NCBI GenBank assembly: GCA_905331295.1
Contig: CAJNYD010000035.1
Location: 1 to 64,000 of the forward strand
Direction: 5' to 3'
DNA: 64,000 nt
Source: Rotaria socialis
Taxonomy: Eukaryota
How positions within the stretch are numbered: the first letter of the stretch is position 1; each line of letters starts with the position of its first letter. Position numbers and translations under genes: made by a program. Of the stretch, positions 1-14,296 are shown piece after piece. The notes under the pieces are model-generated. The model was not told the origin of the DNA and did no database searches. It saw only the letters and a list, made by a program, of their open reading frames with translations.

Positions 1-123
1 AATTCCTGTTCATTTTTTGTGGTAAACCGCGGTATTTATCCGTTCTGCTGTAATGGGAGCCGGTAACCGGACCGGTAAAACCGCGGTTAACCGCCGATTT
101 TCATGCGGTTTTTATTACATGGG
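1..123. mobile_element. Probable MITE, right end only (truncated by the window edge)
   Basis: GC-rich island with repeated ACCGCGGT/AACCG motifs ending at ...TTACATGGG (123), followed by AT-rich DNA. The TGGG terminus resembles the MITE end at 28089. The left TIR is not visible. Confidence 0.45.
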
Positions 124-532
124 AACGTATATCATAAATTGAAATTTTATCTCCGATTAATTTTCAATTCGGGAACATCTCAAAATGTTAAAAAAGTTGA
201 ACAAGAGTCTGATGATAATTTTCAAAATAATTGTTTCAAAGAAATTCCATTTGACTGTAATACTATAAGAATGAAAACACATCTCTCTTAATTCTAGTTT
301 ACTTTTTACTATAATAACAATACTATTCATTGATATTTCTAAAAAAAAAGCGCAAATACAAGAAAATCAAAAAAGTTGTATGTGAATTTTCTTTTTCATC
401 GATTGAAGTATTATTTTGAATAATATCGTAGCATTGCATTTTATCTAGTCAGAGACAAAACCTTAAGTTTACACATACAAATTTAGAATTCAAACAATAA
501 TGCGAAGGACACAAGATAATTGTTGTTATGTC

Positions 533-1444
533 TTAAAATAAATCATCATCATGATTATTAATGTTCTCTCGAATTATTTTTTTCTGTTGTCGACGTTGTT
601 TATTGATACGTTTCAAACAGAAACGAAGATTTCGAGCAAAGTCTATTGTATATTTGGTTGCTGTACGATGTCGATGGCCTGGATTAAGTGTTCCAACATA
701 GCAAATATTTGATTGATCATCAAACACATAGGGCTCGATCAATCGAGTTAAAACATCATTGTTAAATGCTAAAAGAAAAAATAACAAAAATTATTGATCC
801 TAATCATAAATATTATATTGCACCTGCTCGAACTCGATCTGGATTTTGCCGATTGCCAATAAGTGCTCTTTTGAATGATAATATCGTTTTATTTAATGAA
901 TTAATCAAAACTTTTCTTCTATGCGAACATAAATTTCGTGTATAAACATATTGAGATGAAGCTAAAACAACAATCATTAATGAACCCATAACTTTCGATT
1001 GATGTTTCTCATGAAAGTTAATTTGAATTATTTGATGAATAAAACGACGTCGTCTCTTGATTTGGCATGTTACGTAATCAATATCTTTATCATTTTTTAA
1101 ATGAAATACATCATTTGGTATTAATGTCCAATTCATAGACTTAATAATACGTATCGGAGAATAGTTTTGTAAAAGATCAATTATTCGGTTATGACATATT
1201 CCCAATAATTTGATATAAATATCATATGATGATAGAAGACGATTTAGATCAAATGCAAATCGATCAATCAATTCATGAAGGAGAAAGTTTTTCCCCGAAT
1301 ATTTTCCACCCCCAATTAAATATAAGCAGCTATATAGAAATAGTTGTAGAGATAAAAAAAAGAGCAGTAGAAAAACCTGCTATCATAATCCCTGTAGGAT
1401 TAAAAATTCAAACACAGCATAATTGTTGTTGTCTGTCAAAACTA

Positions 1445-1483
<39 letters not shown>

Positions 1484-4400
1484 GTGTTAAGAGATATTTC
1501 TTTTTCATCATTTTACTTAATCTTCTGGATATTGAGAAAGGAAATAGTTGGTTTATATAATTACTATAATAAGAAATTACTAATATGAAATTTGTAATCG
1601 TATATGTAAAACATCTATTGCAATCATTGCCACGACTGACGAGCTTCGCTAGGATACCTATCTGCCTAGTGCGTTGTGATCCATGATTTTCAATGTGCAA
1701 AGGAGAATTTATCGATTTTCCCAAATTTTTTTCAAAACAGCTTATAAATTATGTTGTACAAAAACGAACATTTCTTTAATAGTTTTACTTGTTGCTATCG
1801 ATTGCTAGATCAAGTAATGGAGCAAGGGTTGAATGATAAATAGTACTGATTTGACAATACTCATCAAATGTGTGATCACATTTAAATTTTCGATTTCTAA
1901 TAAATACTTGATTATCAACAGTTATTGATGGTATATGAAGATATATTGTTTGTGGATTAACAATACTTATGATATCAACTTCTTTAAGCATACTCTGTTC
2001 GAATCGTGTTAATGGTCGTTTTCTTAAACATATTTTTATATTTTTATTTATGTTTGCTCGTTTTTTAGATTTTATAATGGTATCTGTTGAATTTTGCATA
2101 AATTTGTCTCGTTCAGCATTGACTAACTCAGCGAAAGCCCATTCATTAACGATAGTACATGTGTTCGGATCATCAATCATATCAATTTCATCAGCTAAGA
2201 TAGGATATTGCCTACCACGAACGCAATGACTTGTTGATGCATCTAATAAATGGATATTTTGAAATTTATTCTGTTCAACTTTTCTTATTGGATTTTGTTG
2301 CTGTGATTGCCAATTAAGTATTGATTCAAATGCTTGTTTATCATCAATATTTTCTGACGACATCAGAGAATAAATTCGATCAGTAAATGATTCCGTTGTT
2401 TGATGAAATTGACCAGATGAATAATGACGATCATCAATCGACGGTAGTAATCTATTCGCAACATGAGAAGAATGGAGACGAGGTCCAATGGTGCCACATT
2501 CGAATTTTTCTATTTGTGTTACTGGAAGACGAATAATTGGACGACGAGAAAAATAATTTGAATATTTTTTCAAATAATGTGTACCACATGATTGCTCAAT
2601 ATTTGGTACTATGAAGAAAAAACGTCACTGGGATTTCGAGAAAAATACAAATGAAAGTTACATCTTGAAGAATCTACAGTAGAAGCTTGATGATCACCAC
2701 GTGCTTGTAAATTGAACGGCGCAAGTTGAGAACTATCGATAGTCTTACTTTTATTTGGTCGTTTTTGTTTTTTTTTCTGATCTCGCTGATCTGTACGAAG
2801 AATTTGATTATGATTTTCATGACTTTTTATCCGTGTATCAGATCCTTGCTCACTATCATACACTAAATTTGAATTTGACACTAAACTATTATTCATAAAC
2901 TTTTTCTTCAATGATTTTAAATTTCGTTCTTCTGGTTTCGAAGATATCAATGATTGATTGTGTGATGATCGTAATGTTCTCTGTCGTAATATGTTACGTT
3001 TAGAAGAAGGTTGTACAGCTGACATGAATTTATCTTTGAAGTTCTTGCTGTTAATTGATTTTTTCCTTGATATGATTTCTTCTTGATCACCTAAGGCTGA
3101 ATGTGTACTTCGTATGCGATCATTAGTTGCTATATTACTTGAAGATGTACTAACATCTGTTATCGATAATGCTGCATTGGGTTTTATAATTTGGGTAGCA
3201 GTAGAATTGCTTTTGATTGAAGATCGTTTTAGTAAAAGTTTTGGCATTGACAATGAAGAAATACTACCATAAATTCATAGATTATATGAGAAGTATATTG
3301 ATATTTAAACAAAGATATGCGCTTACCTGCTTCGATGAACAAGATTGGATGGTAAGATTCTTTTCAGGTTTGCAATTTCTTCAGGTACCAAATTCATTGT
3401 CTTGCCAAATGTCAATCTATCGTCTTTAATTTCTGATGAAGACATCCAAGGTTGAGCAACTTGTTGTTTCATGTTAATATTAGTAAACGATGATAGTAAT
3501 ACAGCATCAGTCGTCGAAGGTATTGGTTGCTGCTGTATTTTTATTACAGAAGATCGATCCATTCGTTGCACATCTGAAGTAAAACTTTTTGCCGAATTTC
3601 GCTCTTCAGTATTAGTGGATTTTCGATCATTTAATCGATCTTGGTTAGCATCATGAAGTTTACTAAGCGATGACGGAGGAATCTAGAAAAGAAAATGTCA
3701 TTCTGCGCATCGATAAATATCCTATTTTAAGTACTTCATAGATTAGATTCTTGGTTTCACTATCAAAATTAACTGATACTGGTATATTGAACACTGGCAA
3801 TGCTAAATATAATATCTAATATCGAGCGTAATCGATTCACTTTTCTTACATTGTTTATCAAAGTTTCGATTCTCGAATGGTTTTATTTTTTCTGATTGAC
3901 GATCGTTTTCTCGATGACTGAAAACAAAGGAATAGTAATGATGATTAAACTTTATTCGACAAACCTCGATTCAATGTCAAATTCTGATTTTAAACTTGGA
4001 TTTTCTTGTAGTTTATAATTTTTAAGAGTTGAACTCTTTGGAAAATGATGAAAAGCATCCATGTCTACACTCTATACGTTAAATAAATAAGTTATCATTT
4101 ACCTTTGATGCAGCAATGTTTTCAAGAGTTCTGTTAATAATAATTTGATTTGAAGAAGAAAGTTCTTTTCGCTTTTCCAAATCGACTGTGTTAGGCAATG
4201 ATGCATTGAGAAACTCTGTATTTCTGTTTGTAGTTAGTTGAATCTCATGTTTCAATAGTTGTTTCACTTTAGTGAGCGTGCTATCATCTAAATTAGTTAA
4301 TAGTTGAAAATAGTACGAGTCCAAAATGATTGTTGCCATAAAACGATTATTTTATTGTATTGATCGAGTACACTCTCGACCATAGGCATGTAGTCTTCTA

Positions 4401-7400
4401 CTTTTTACTTACTTTTAATATTTTCTATGTCGACTTTAGGTAAAGAATGAGTTCGATCCATTTGTATGAACTGTATCATTGGTTGCTGATTGTTTACTGT
4501 TTCGTTGAGTAAATTTTCTTTATTTTTGATTGATGATGGTAATAATTGAATAGTATCATCAGATAAGTTTAATTCTTGTGAGAACTCCTTGTAGAGCAAG
4601 GTTGGATCTAAGAAATCAGCATTGAGGACAAAATCTGAAATAATTTCTAGCCAGAAGAACAATCCCGTTTACCAGGATTATTGTGGGGAAAATCTTTTTT
4701 ATGATTTGATGCATCATCCTGATTGCTTTTCGGTATATTATCGTTCACATGATTATGTTCATCGTTATGAACATCATACTCAGTTGTTAATTTCATCAAA
4801 GATGATTTTGTTTCTGTTCATTAAAAAACAATTGATGAAATTTACTTAAAACCAATCAATACTTTTACCGGATGATTCTCCTATAAGATGTGGACTGCCA
4901 GTACGCATAATCATGGATTCATTTTCTTTGAGTGCATTACTCATACTAAAATAAATATAATAAATTGTCTCCTGTTTGAATATCAAATGCTGTCAAATTT
5001 ACGCTCTCGAAATTGAGGTTGACTCTATTGAGGCGATTAATGATGTAGACATCTTTGCGTATTGTACATCGTTAATTCTCTAAATAGTTAATTATCATTG
5101 ATAGGTTTGTTGATTCAACAGATATTTACTGTGTTGTTTGATGGAAACATTATTGATTTTATTGACTGTTGAGTAATATTAGGATTCAATGATAGACTCG
5201 TAGGTGTATGTAATTGATCAGTAATTCTATTATCTATTTTATCATCTACTAAGTATATATCGTTATTATTTCGAATTGAGGTTTTCCCTAGAGTATCTTG
5301 ATCATGCAAGTCGATGTTCGAGTGCTTTTCTTCATTTGATGTATGAGTATCATCGGATATTGTTTTTTTCAATAAATGCGTCCCATCGGGATCATTCAAG
5401 TGAGCCAGAACACACTCATGTTGTTGTATTCCATCGGAAATAGCAAAGTACTTTGTTGTAACTGGTAGCTGAACTTTACTAATTTCATTCTGTTGCTTGT
5501 AGGCTTCTGACATAACCAAAGTTGCATTTTGATTGAGTGTGGGTACATCGATATCTGAAGTTTTAGAGTTTTTTTCAATATATATATTTGATTCATTTTT
5601 TCGTATTACATTCTGAAAACCATAGAAGAATTTCACTGAAACCGGACATGCAAATCTTGAATCAGTCACTTACTTTATGAGTATCATCATTAGAAGAAAA
5701 TGATATAACATCTTTGTCTTCTAATACCGATTTCGGAGATGCATTTTTTATAGTTTCATTATCGACTAGTTTTTGTAATGATTGAACATTTTCATTACTT
5801 TTCGATGTACTTTTAGTGTCTAGTATTTGAACTTGATCTAATTGCTCTAATACTTCAATATTGGAAGACAAAGATGGTTGACCATTTACAGAAGATGTTT
5901 CATCATGAACAACAAATGAATTAGATTCTTTTTCCTCTTTGAAATAATTTTTATGTAGGATATTAGCAGAAGGAGACTTTTGAAATGCACTATGAACATC
6001 ATGATTTTTGTCGTTTGGCAATTGAGTTAACTGATCTTTTAAATTCAAAAGTGTTTTTGTAGATATCGCTAGTTTTTTCTGTGATATTTTTGCTTCAACT
6101 AATTGACAGTGTTCATTAATCATAGAAGAGCTTTGATCAGGAATGATGATTGACATAGCATATTCTTTTCTGAGTATGATTACATCTGCTACATATTGCT
6201 TATTCGGACTGCCAACAGTCATTTTCATCATATTTGTTGCATGTTCATGACCAGAGATTGATGATTTCGAATGTTCCCTCAATATTGATACTTCGTTGTC
6301 TAATGGTTTCATCTTGATGGATTCTTGTTTTTCTTGTTGTTCAATCTCTTGTTTGTCTTTGTCATTAACCTTTGTTCCATCGAGTACTAATAACGATGGA
6401 GAAGTCGAAGAAACATCTATGGAAGATTTTCATTTGAGACGTACTCAAGTAATTTGCAACAAAATCTATTGAACACTTACTCGATGTTCTACTGACATTG
6501 TCAGAAAGTTTTGAAAGCAAAGAATCTAGCCATTCTTTTTGAGCTGATTTATGATGTAAAACACTTTCGTTTTTTAACTCTATGTTGGATATATCATTCG
6601 GATTCATTTTATTCTTGATTAATGGTCTACTGAGATCTTCTGTCTCCAATGAAATATATTCTTTTGAATGGGTAGCTACTGTTTTTAAAGTTTCCATTGA
6701 TATTTTCTCTATTGAAGAATTGAATGCATTAGCACGACATCGTATAGGACTAGCAAATTCTTGATGTTCTGATGTAATCATTTGTTGTTTTAAATCCATC
6801 TCGGCATTAGGTGGCGATTGAATAGGTTGAAATATAGATTCAATAGATTGCTTGGGACTGTCTTTAACACGTTTTAACGAAGCTATAATATTTCGATCAA
6901 TCAAATTAAATTGTTTTACTAAGCAACTGAGATTACCTTGAATATCAGATGACAATATAATCATATTTGAAAGATTTTGCTCGTACAAGGAATCTTCGTT
7001 GTGTATTATTGATGGTATGGTTAGTGTAGTATATTCTTGTAAGAGATTTGATGTATTAGATATTCCATCATTTACATTCTGAAAGCGAACTTTTTCTGAT
7101 TGTGACATATTAGCTTTATTTTGATTATGCAAGAGTTCAATACACTTTGTCATCAACAAGTCCATGTCATCACGACGAATTTTATCCGATTCATGTAAAT
7201 TTGATTCGATGATATCAACTAATGGATTTAGTTGTAATAGAATGTTTGAAGAATGCGAACTTTTATGGACATCACTATTGTAGATAGTGCCCAGCATACT
7301 TTGGACTGGTTGTAACCTATCCGATGATTGCTCTTCAAGGCTTGACAAGGGCACATTAGTTGAATGACTCGATGCTGTCATCTTAGTAGTTGAAAAATCT

Positions 7401-10378
7401 ATGATGTTTTGAAGATGTATTTTTCGAAATAGTGTGTTCATATTTTTAATATACAATTCTTTTTATTTTTACTTTTTTGACTATGAAAAGCAGACGTTTT
7501 ACTAGTTTGTGAAATCTTAGAGTTAACTACTTCGCGGCTTCTTTGCGTTGCTTTTCGTTCGTTTATAATATTATCATTATCACTGTCTATGTTTTCGTCA
7601 GTATTTCTTTCGTTTTGTATTATTGTTTCTATTCAACAAAGAATACGTTTAGATTAATTGAACAATTTAATTTAAATGTTGCAGAGAATTAATTTTGATA
7701 TTAAAATAAAAATCAGTTTTTCAAACTGACACAATAATTTCCTACTAGGTACATAAAGAACTAACCTATATTAGTTAAAGATGGCTGTTTCTTCATAATA
7801 GTTGAATCAACATTTGACATTAGATTCACGTATCCTTGATTTGAAGATATTCTTATTGGTAAATTGTTTTCTTTTTCATTCTTGCTCAAATCAATAATGA
7901 ATTTATTTTCAGTTGTTATTTTTCGAATTTTATTCGATTCAATATTAGATGATTCAATTAAGCCAGTGTGCGGCAAATTATCGGACAATTTGAAACTATT
8001 CTTAGTTGCTTCGATTGGAAACATCCAATCGTTGTTCTTAACAGCCGATAGCAAGTTGTTGCTCGATATTTCATTTCCAGTCTATAGGATTTAGAAATTT
8101 CTTTTTTCAATTAGAATATATCTTTTACTATATCACTAATTAAGGAAAAATCATTTACTGCGGTTGAAGATGAAAGACATGCCGTGATTCCAGTATTACC
8201 ACCATCTGCGATTTCAGTTGGTTTGATTGTTTGAAATAAGGTAGTCGATTGGAATATTTTGTGTGTTATCGATTTCGCTTTTGGTGAGGCTGCAACAAAA
8301 GCTATTTTTGATGGTGCTGTTCTGGCTCGTTGTTGCTTTGCTTTTGCATCTATATAATTAAAAACATGTTGTAGACGATAATCATCGCATTGGCTTGGTG
8401 TTGATGTTGCTGCTTCGTGTATTAATCGGTGAATTTCATCAGCTGAATGACCTTGGTCAAATAAACGATCGACATCTGGTTTCCAAATAGGATGAGATGA
8501 TATCACTGATTGTTGACGATTATGATGCTGATCAATAGGTCTTACAGTTACTGTCATATCTAGAGCACCATTACAATCGGTTTGTCCTGTTGATTTTACA
8601 GTGGAACGATTTATTTTTGTTGATTTAAAATCATTTCGTAAAGATGAATATTCATCAGTACACTTTAACTGAGACATTGCATAACGGACTTTACGTTGTA
8701 ATTGGCCATTTGTTAAATTATTTAATCTACCTGAACTGTGCAAACGTTCAATCTAGAAAAGTAAATTCAAGCAAAATGAAATAATTTGAAAACTGAACTT
8801 TCGTATACAGTATTTAGTAATCGTTGCGCAATGTTAATTAGTGAAAAATTCGTTTTTGCATTTATCAAATGATCAATGAATTCAGACCATCGTTGACCTA
8901 GAAAAGTATTTGAATTCGTTCGATTCAAATCTTATTTTATATTCATTTGTTTACCGTCTCTATCGATAAGTGCTTTTAAGATTGTTTCATCGTTAGTTGC
9001 ATCTATTGTGGAGTCAAGAAGATTACTCATTTCAACGCGTGCTTGACATAAGCTATAAAAGCGTTCTTTAATTGTATCGACTTGAATTTGACGTTCAATT
9101 TGAGTTGAACTATTCGTTCGTACGACAGTCACATTAGCTAATTCATCACATCGGATCATTTTATCAATATCGATTAGACAAGAAAATTTTGTTTGGCATG
9201 CACTGTGTTGTTTTAGTTTAAGTAATGCTGACAATCGATCGTGACGATTTTGAACATTCATTATTGCTAAACATCGAGGTGATTTCGGCATTTCAATAGA
9301 TTCTACACTATTATCTACTGTTTTGTCATTAGTATTCGTTAGCTACAAAGAATGCATATGAAAGCTTGTTGTTTTCTTGTGTTCTGATGAAAACCATATA
9401 CATATGTATGTTACGTACTTGTGACAGCTGTTGCCGTAATTTGTCTTCAGATTGCAGAGCTAATTTCGTCGGTTGATTTGAATTAAACGCAGCTGTCATA
9501 TTTCTTGTAACATTATCAAGTGATACATTCATATTACTCTCAATACTCATGTAGGACATGTCTGAGGAATATGCTGATGTAACTTTTGTCGAATCTAAAT
9601 CACATTTAGACAATGATAATGATGATGATGATTCCTTGTTGACATCATCTATAATATTTGGCAAAAATCTTTGAAGTGATGGTAAATGGATCAATGTATT
9701 AACTTGTATAGCAACTGTTCTATGTATTGATTTAGGATAATAAATGTCAGTAAGAATGGCAGACGGAACAGATATTTCTTCAATTTCAGCAGTACTTTCT
9801 TTATTTATCAACGTTGATAATGTTGTTTGACATGTTCTATTAGCACAAATGATGTACCCATCGAGTGTTAATTCACTGTTACATATAGAACAAATCAATT
9901 GATCAATAATATTTCTGCTTCTAAGTATTCGACATTTACAGTCTTTTAGATCAACGTCCATCATTCGACAACATACAGTACATTCAGCTAAGAGAATATG
10001 TTTAAATTGTCGACAAAGACCACATTTACGTACACAAATTCCTAAAGGTTGAGCTTCTTGTTTTTGTATTTGGAAAATCCTGTTTAATAAATTCTGATGG
10101 TTTTCACTTTTTTTCATTATTGTCGTAGTACTCGATAATACACTTGTATTTGTTGTTGCTGAATAAGATGAAATGTAATGTTTCATTTGTTTTTGTTGTT
10201 GATTATACCGTTCTCGAAATGACTGTGGTCGAATCTCTGAATAATCAACGTTAATATTCGATGGTTTTGGTCGCATAAGAGACGTAGTTGTTGATATTGA
10301 CTCTAATGTTGATGGAATCGATGATGTTAAAGGCAATGAAGCATTATCACCCTCGCTGTTTTGCTGATTGAAATCCAT
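533..10378 (-). CDS. Giant multi-exon protein: N-terminal Cys-rich region, long Ser/Thr/Asn-rich middle, C-terminal degenerate kinesin-13-like motor
   Basis: Chain of minus-strand ORFs separated by GT-AG introns. Joins checked in frame include 1789/1329, 824/768, ~2662/2608 and ~3327/3263. Kinesin-13 features: neck-like NEWAFAELVNAERDKF, KICLRKRPL, FKCDHTFDE, P-loop GGKYSGKN, and AFNNDVLTRLIEPY...YVGTLNPG...TKYTIDFARNLR. Stop at 533. Not all upstream joins were checked, so this could be two genes. Confidence 0.75.
1450..1481. repeat. (CT)n microsatellite in the kinesin intron 1330-1788
   Basis: Direct read of a ctctct... tract. Confidence 0.9.
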
Positions 10379-10898
10379 TAGATAAATGTTGATATGAATT
10401 GATTGTAGTAGAATCAGAATATTTCACTAGTTATTTTCATTGAATTATAAGAATAGTAATGATATGAAGAACAATCGTTTTTCTCGTGCAATTTTCTTTT
10501 GAAAATGATGGAAGGGAAAAAGCAAATCCATCATATATAGATATATATATTTATTTATTTCTATGTGTTTTATTTGTTCTTTTTTTTTCTCTTTGGACGC
10601 GCCAACTGAATTTTTATTTTAGTAATTCTTTTATACTCATCATTCAAACAAAAAATATTCATACTATCAAACATGATCTTATTCAGGTTTAAATTGCATT
10701 GAACAGAAAACACCTCAGTAATTCTACATCTTATGAGAATTAATTAGAATACGTAGCTTAAGAGTACTACCATCATAATTCAATTTGAGTATGATTGTAT
10801 TCTTTAAAAAAATTCGTTATATTATTGTTCAACTAATTAAAATAAATCCTATTGTCTTACAATTAAGGAAGATGATGAAAAAATAATATTTTAAGAAT

Positions 10899-11134
10899 GG
10901 TATAGAATTGGCAGAAAGAAAAAACGTCGAAAGTAAAAAATGTCGAAAATGTTATAGATAGAGTCTAAGCCCAGCTTTTCAACAATCCTATATGGGCAAT
11001 CTGTAGGAGTATCCGTCGTTGTACTTTTAATTGGATAGTGTATGTTCAAACTCGATTTATAGCACTGTCGACATTTTTTCTTTTGACTTTTTGTACTTTC
11101 GACGTTTTTTCTTTCTGCTAATTCTATGCATACC
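10899..11134. mobile_element. MITE with ~50-bp terminal inverted repeats
   Basis: Left end ATAGAATTGGCAGAAAGAAAAAACGTCGAAAGTAAAAAA matches the reverse complement of the right end, ATAGAATTAGCAGAAAGAAAAAACGTCGAAAGTACAAAA. Non-coding interior. No TSD identified. Confidence 0.8.
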
Positions 11135-11669
11135 TCTGTAATGATCTATACATCATTAGATTGCCCTTCATAGTCTCGCTGAGATAGTATGAATATTTGT
11201 ACAGAATACGATTATCATCTGGTAAATATTAGCACATTTTTTTGATAGTTTTTGACCTTGTATTTATATATATTAATAATGAAGTATCAATTTATTAAAG
11301 AATGCTATACTAAATCAACAAATGTTAACTATGCTAAATTCAAATATGTGTGTGGAAAATGGTTGTTTTTTAATTAACAACCTATCAGCTAGACTAAAAT
11401 ATAAACAATACGGATGATTTGCTAGAAAATTTTCAATTATAGCTTAAGAACAATATATATATAAAAAAAAACTATTCATCGTTCATTGCTTGCGTTCAAG
11501 AATACACAACAAGAAGAAAAAAACAAGACATTTGTATACTGTTCTTAGTCGATGTACAAAAGACACTTGTAATTGCACGTATTATATGACGAGAGGGAAT
11601 CGAATGCTGGTACATCGCCAGCAGGAAAAAGAAGAAGAAGAAGAAGAAGACGAAGACGAGCTTTCTCTT

Positions 11670-13863
11670 TTAAATAAACATGAGTAGATTTGATGATTTA
11701 TCTTGAATAATAGGAAGAATCGTCGTAGAATCATCGACTAATGGTGTCGATGTATTCAACAATGAATAGTTTACGTGGTTTTGCTCTTTCAGATGGTGAT
11801 GCTTATACTTTTGTATATAATTATGTTCGTTGACCTCATACTCGACAATGTTTGTTCTTAATAATTGTTTAGGATCAATACAATCGATACCATTCAGGTG
11901 GTCATCGTTTTTCGATGAATATTTCTTTAACATTGATACCATCGATAGTTGATCCTCTGTACGCCATTGTGGTGACGGTGATGTATACCATGATGGCGAA
12001 GTTTTTTCATATGATGAATGAGGAAGATTGAATGAAGAACTATGATCATATGTATTATAATTCATTGGAATTTTATCGAGACTTGTAGTAATCAAACGTG
12101 ATTGACCGAAATAACGTTCTGTACTATGATTTATATTTGTTGAAAGATTTTCATTGTAAGATGATGAATGTGGTGGAGCTGATGGCCACGATAAATGAAG
12201 CTCATCAGGCGGTGAAGAATAGAGAGCATCATCGGATGATGATGAAAATGAATTGATAATTGGCAGATCACGACGATGATGATCGTGAGCGAGAGATAGC
12301 TGTTCAAATTCTTGACTCATATCTTCAAGACATGCATTTTCAAGTTCATCATCATTTAATATATCAAATAATTTCTGCTTAACTGATTCATTTCTAATTA
12401 ATTTATCAGCTTTACCAAGTGATAGATCCAATGTTCTTTGAATTATTATGGCTATAAGACAATTTAAATAATACGTTATGAATAAAACTACAAAAAATAA
12501 AACATACGTGATCGATGTTGGTCATCTTTATCATTATGTAAATCATTGAGATCATCGTCTGTATATGATAAACGCTTATTACGAAAAATATTATCATCAG
12601 ACTGATGACGACGCTGTTGTTGTTCCTGTTGATTATTCAAGTATTGTAGTGATAAATTTGAATTTGCAATATCATATGTTTTGTCTGTCGCTGCTTTGCT
12701 TTTATCAGTACCGGAACGATTTATAGTGTTATAAATTTGTTTGAGATCATTCACTGAACGACTTAGTTTTCGCTCGTTTCCTCGTTGTTGTCCATATGCC
12801 CATTGTGTTCGATAGATCAAAGGTCGATTGATTCGTAATTCACTTACGTACCATTTCATATTATTTGGCATCGATTGAGCAGAAGACGATACTTTGTTAT
12901 TGATATTCGTCTTGAGTATCGAATGAAATTCTATATTATCAACATGATCGTATTGATGATATTTCAACTCGGATGTTATTTCGTTTGATCTATTAGCATT
13001 TTCACTGTGATCTATAATATTAATAAAATCTATGGGATAGCACTACTTGAAAAAAAACAAATATCAACACGACTACCTTGATGATGAAAATAATAAGCAG
13101 GAGAAAAGTCTTCGGCTATTTGATAAGCGGGATCTTCGTTATCATCAATAAGAAAATTTTCAATTGCATATTTAAGCTGAGGTAAATCAACTGATATCGC
13201 TGATGGAGTTAAATGTAAATCGTTGGATGATACTGATTCATTGCTTAAACTTGCTGTTGGAGGCGTAAATGTTTGATTTGATCTTTTTTCTTGTATCGTT
13301 TTTCTCTCTTTATCATTAGAATCATGTAATATTTTCTTTGAATCAACATTGGCAAGAAATCGAATATCAGGACGATAATCAATGGTCCCCAAAGGAGATA
13401 ATGATGAAGGAACAATAATACCACTTGAATTTTCTTCTCGCCGTCTTTTTTCATCAATATTGCTAGCTTCTAGGCACGTACAAGGATACTTTCTTTATGT
13501 TTGTATAAGGAAAAAAAATAGAGAATGTTTATTACTCTTACCATCATCAAGTTGAAGCTCATTGAAAACAGACAAAGTCTTAGGCAATTGTTTAGTCTCA
13601 CCATCAATAGCAAGCATTGTAGTAAATGATGTTGTTTTCTTTTTCACTGTTGTAGTTGAAATATCATAATGAAGTGGTTGACTTGGGATATTTTTAATAG
13701 AAAGAGAAAGCGTTCGAACACCAGTCATAGGTATTGTTGTTGCTGCTGTTGTTGTTGTCGTATTTGTAGCTGCTGTTATTGTTGAATCCGTATTATTATC
13801 AATTTTCGATATTGGGGTTCGACAAAAAGTAAGTTTAGGAAATGAAATACCGAATGCAGCCAT
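11670..13863 (-). CDS. Uncharacterised 4-exon Ser/Thr/His-rich protein
   Basis: ORFs 13495-13890, 13030-13392, 12488-12967 and 11670-12431 separated by short GT-AG introns; the ~12508/12451 join is in frame. Start MAAFGISFPK at 13863. No recognisable domain. Confidence 0.65.
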
Positions 13864-14262
13864 TCGATAATCGAACGAACAAGTAGACAAAAAAAACTAA
13901 AAGTATATCAGACTAAGCAAGAAGCGCGCAATTTACTTGTTATCCAGAATATAGAGCTAAGGTGTTTCTACCGATGAATACCAAAAAAAAGGAAGACAGA
14001 TCAAGGCTTCAGCATATACTTATCAGAGAATACTCTTCTCTTATAGTCTTCATGGCCGTAGAAAGTCTGTTAGCCCGTCAACATTGTCTATCGCGAATTC
14101 CCTCTCGAGATATCGATACAAATTCGATCGATGTTTACGTGTTATAACTTGCTGCATACGGATAACTGTACTGACTTTTCTTCGATGTTATCTTTCTTTT
14201 ACTTCTTTCCTTCTTCTTTTTTTACAATGTTCTGGTGATTTATAGGTCCGAGTATACACAGC

Positions 14263-14296
14263 CAGTCAGTCAGTCAGTCAGTCAGTCAGTCAGTCA
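14263..14296. repeat. (CAGT)n tetranucleotide microsatellite
   Basis: About 8 CAGT copies read directly. Confidence 0.9.

Noticed and set aside
1383..1724. 113-aa ORF as an extra kinesin exon
   Set aside because: The 1789/1329 splice already gives a continuous motor; this ORF is intronic and includes a microsatellite.
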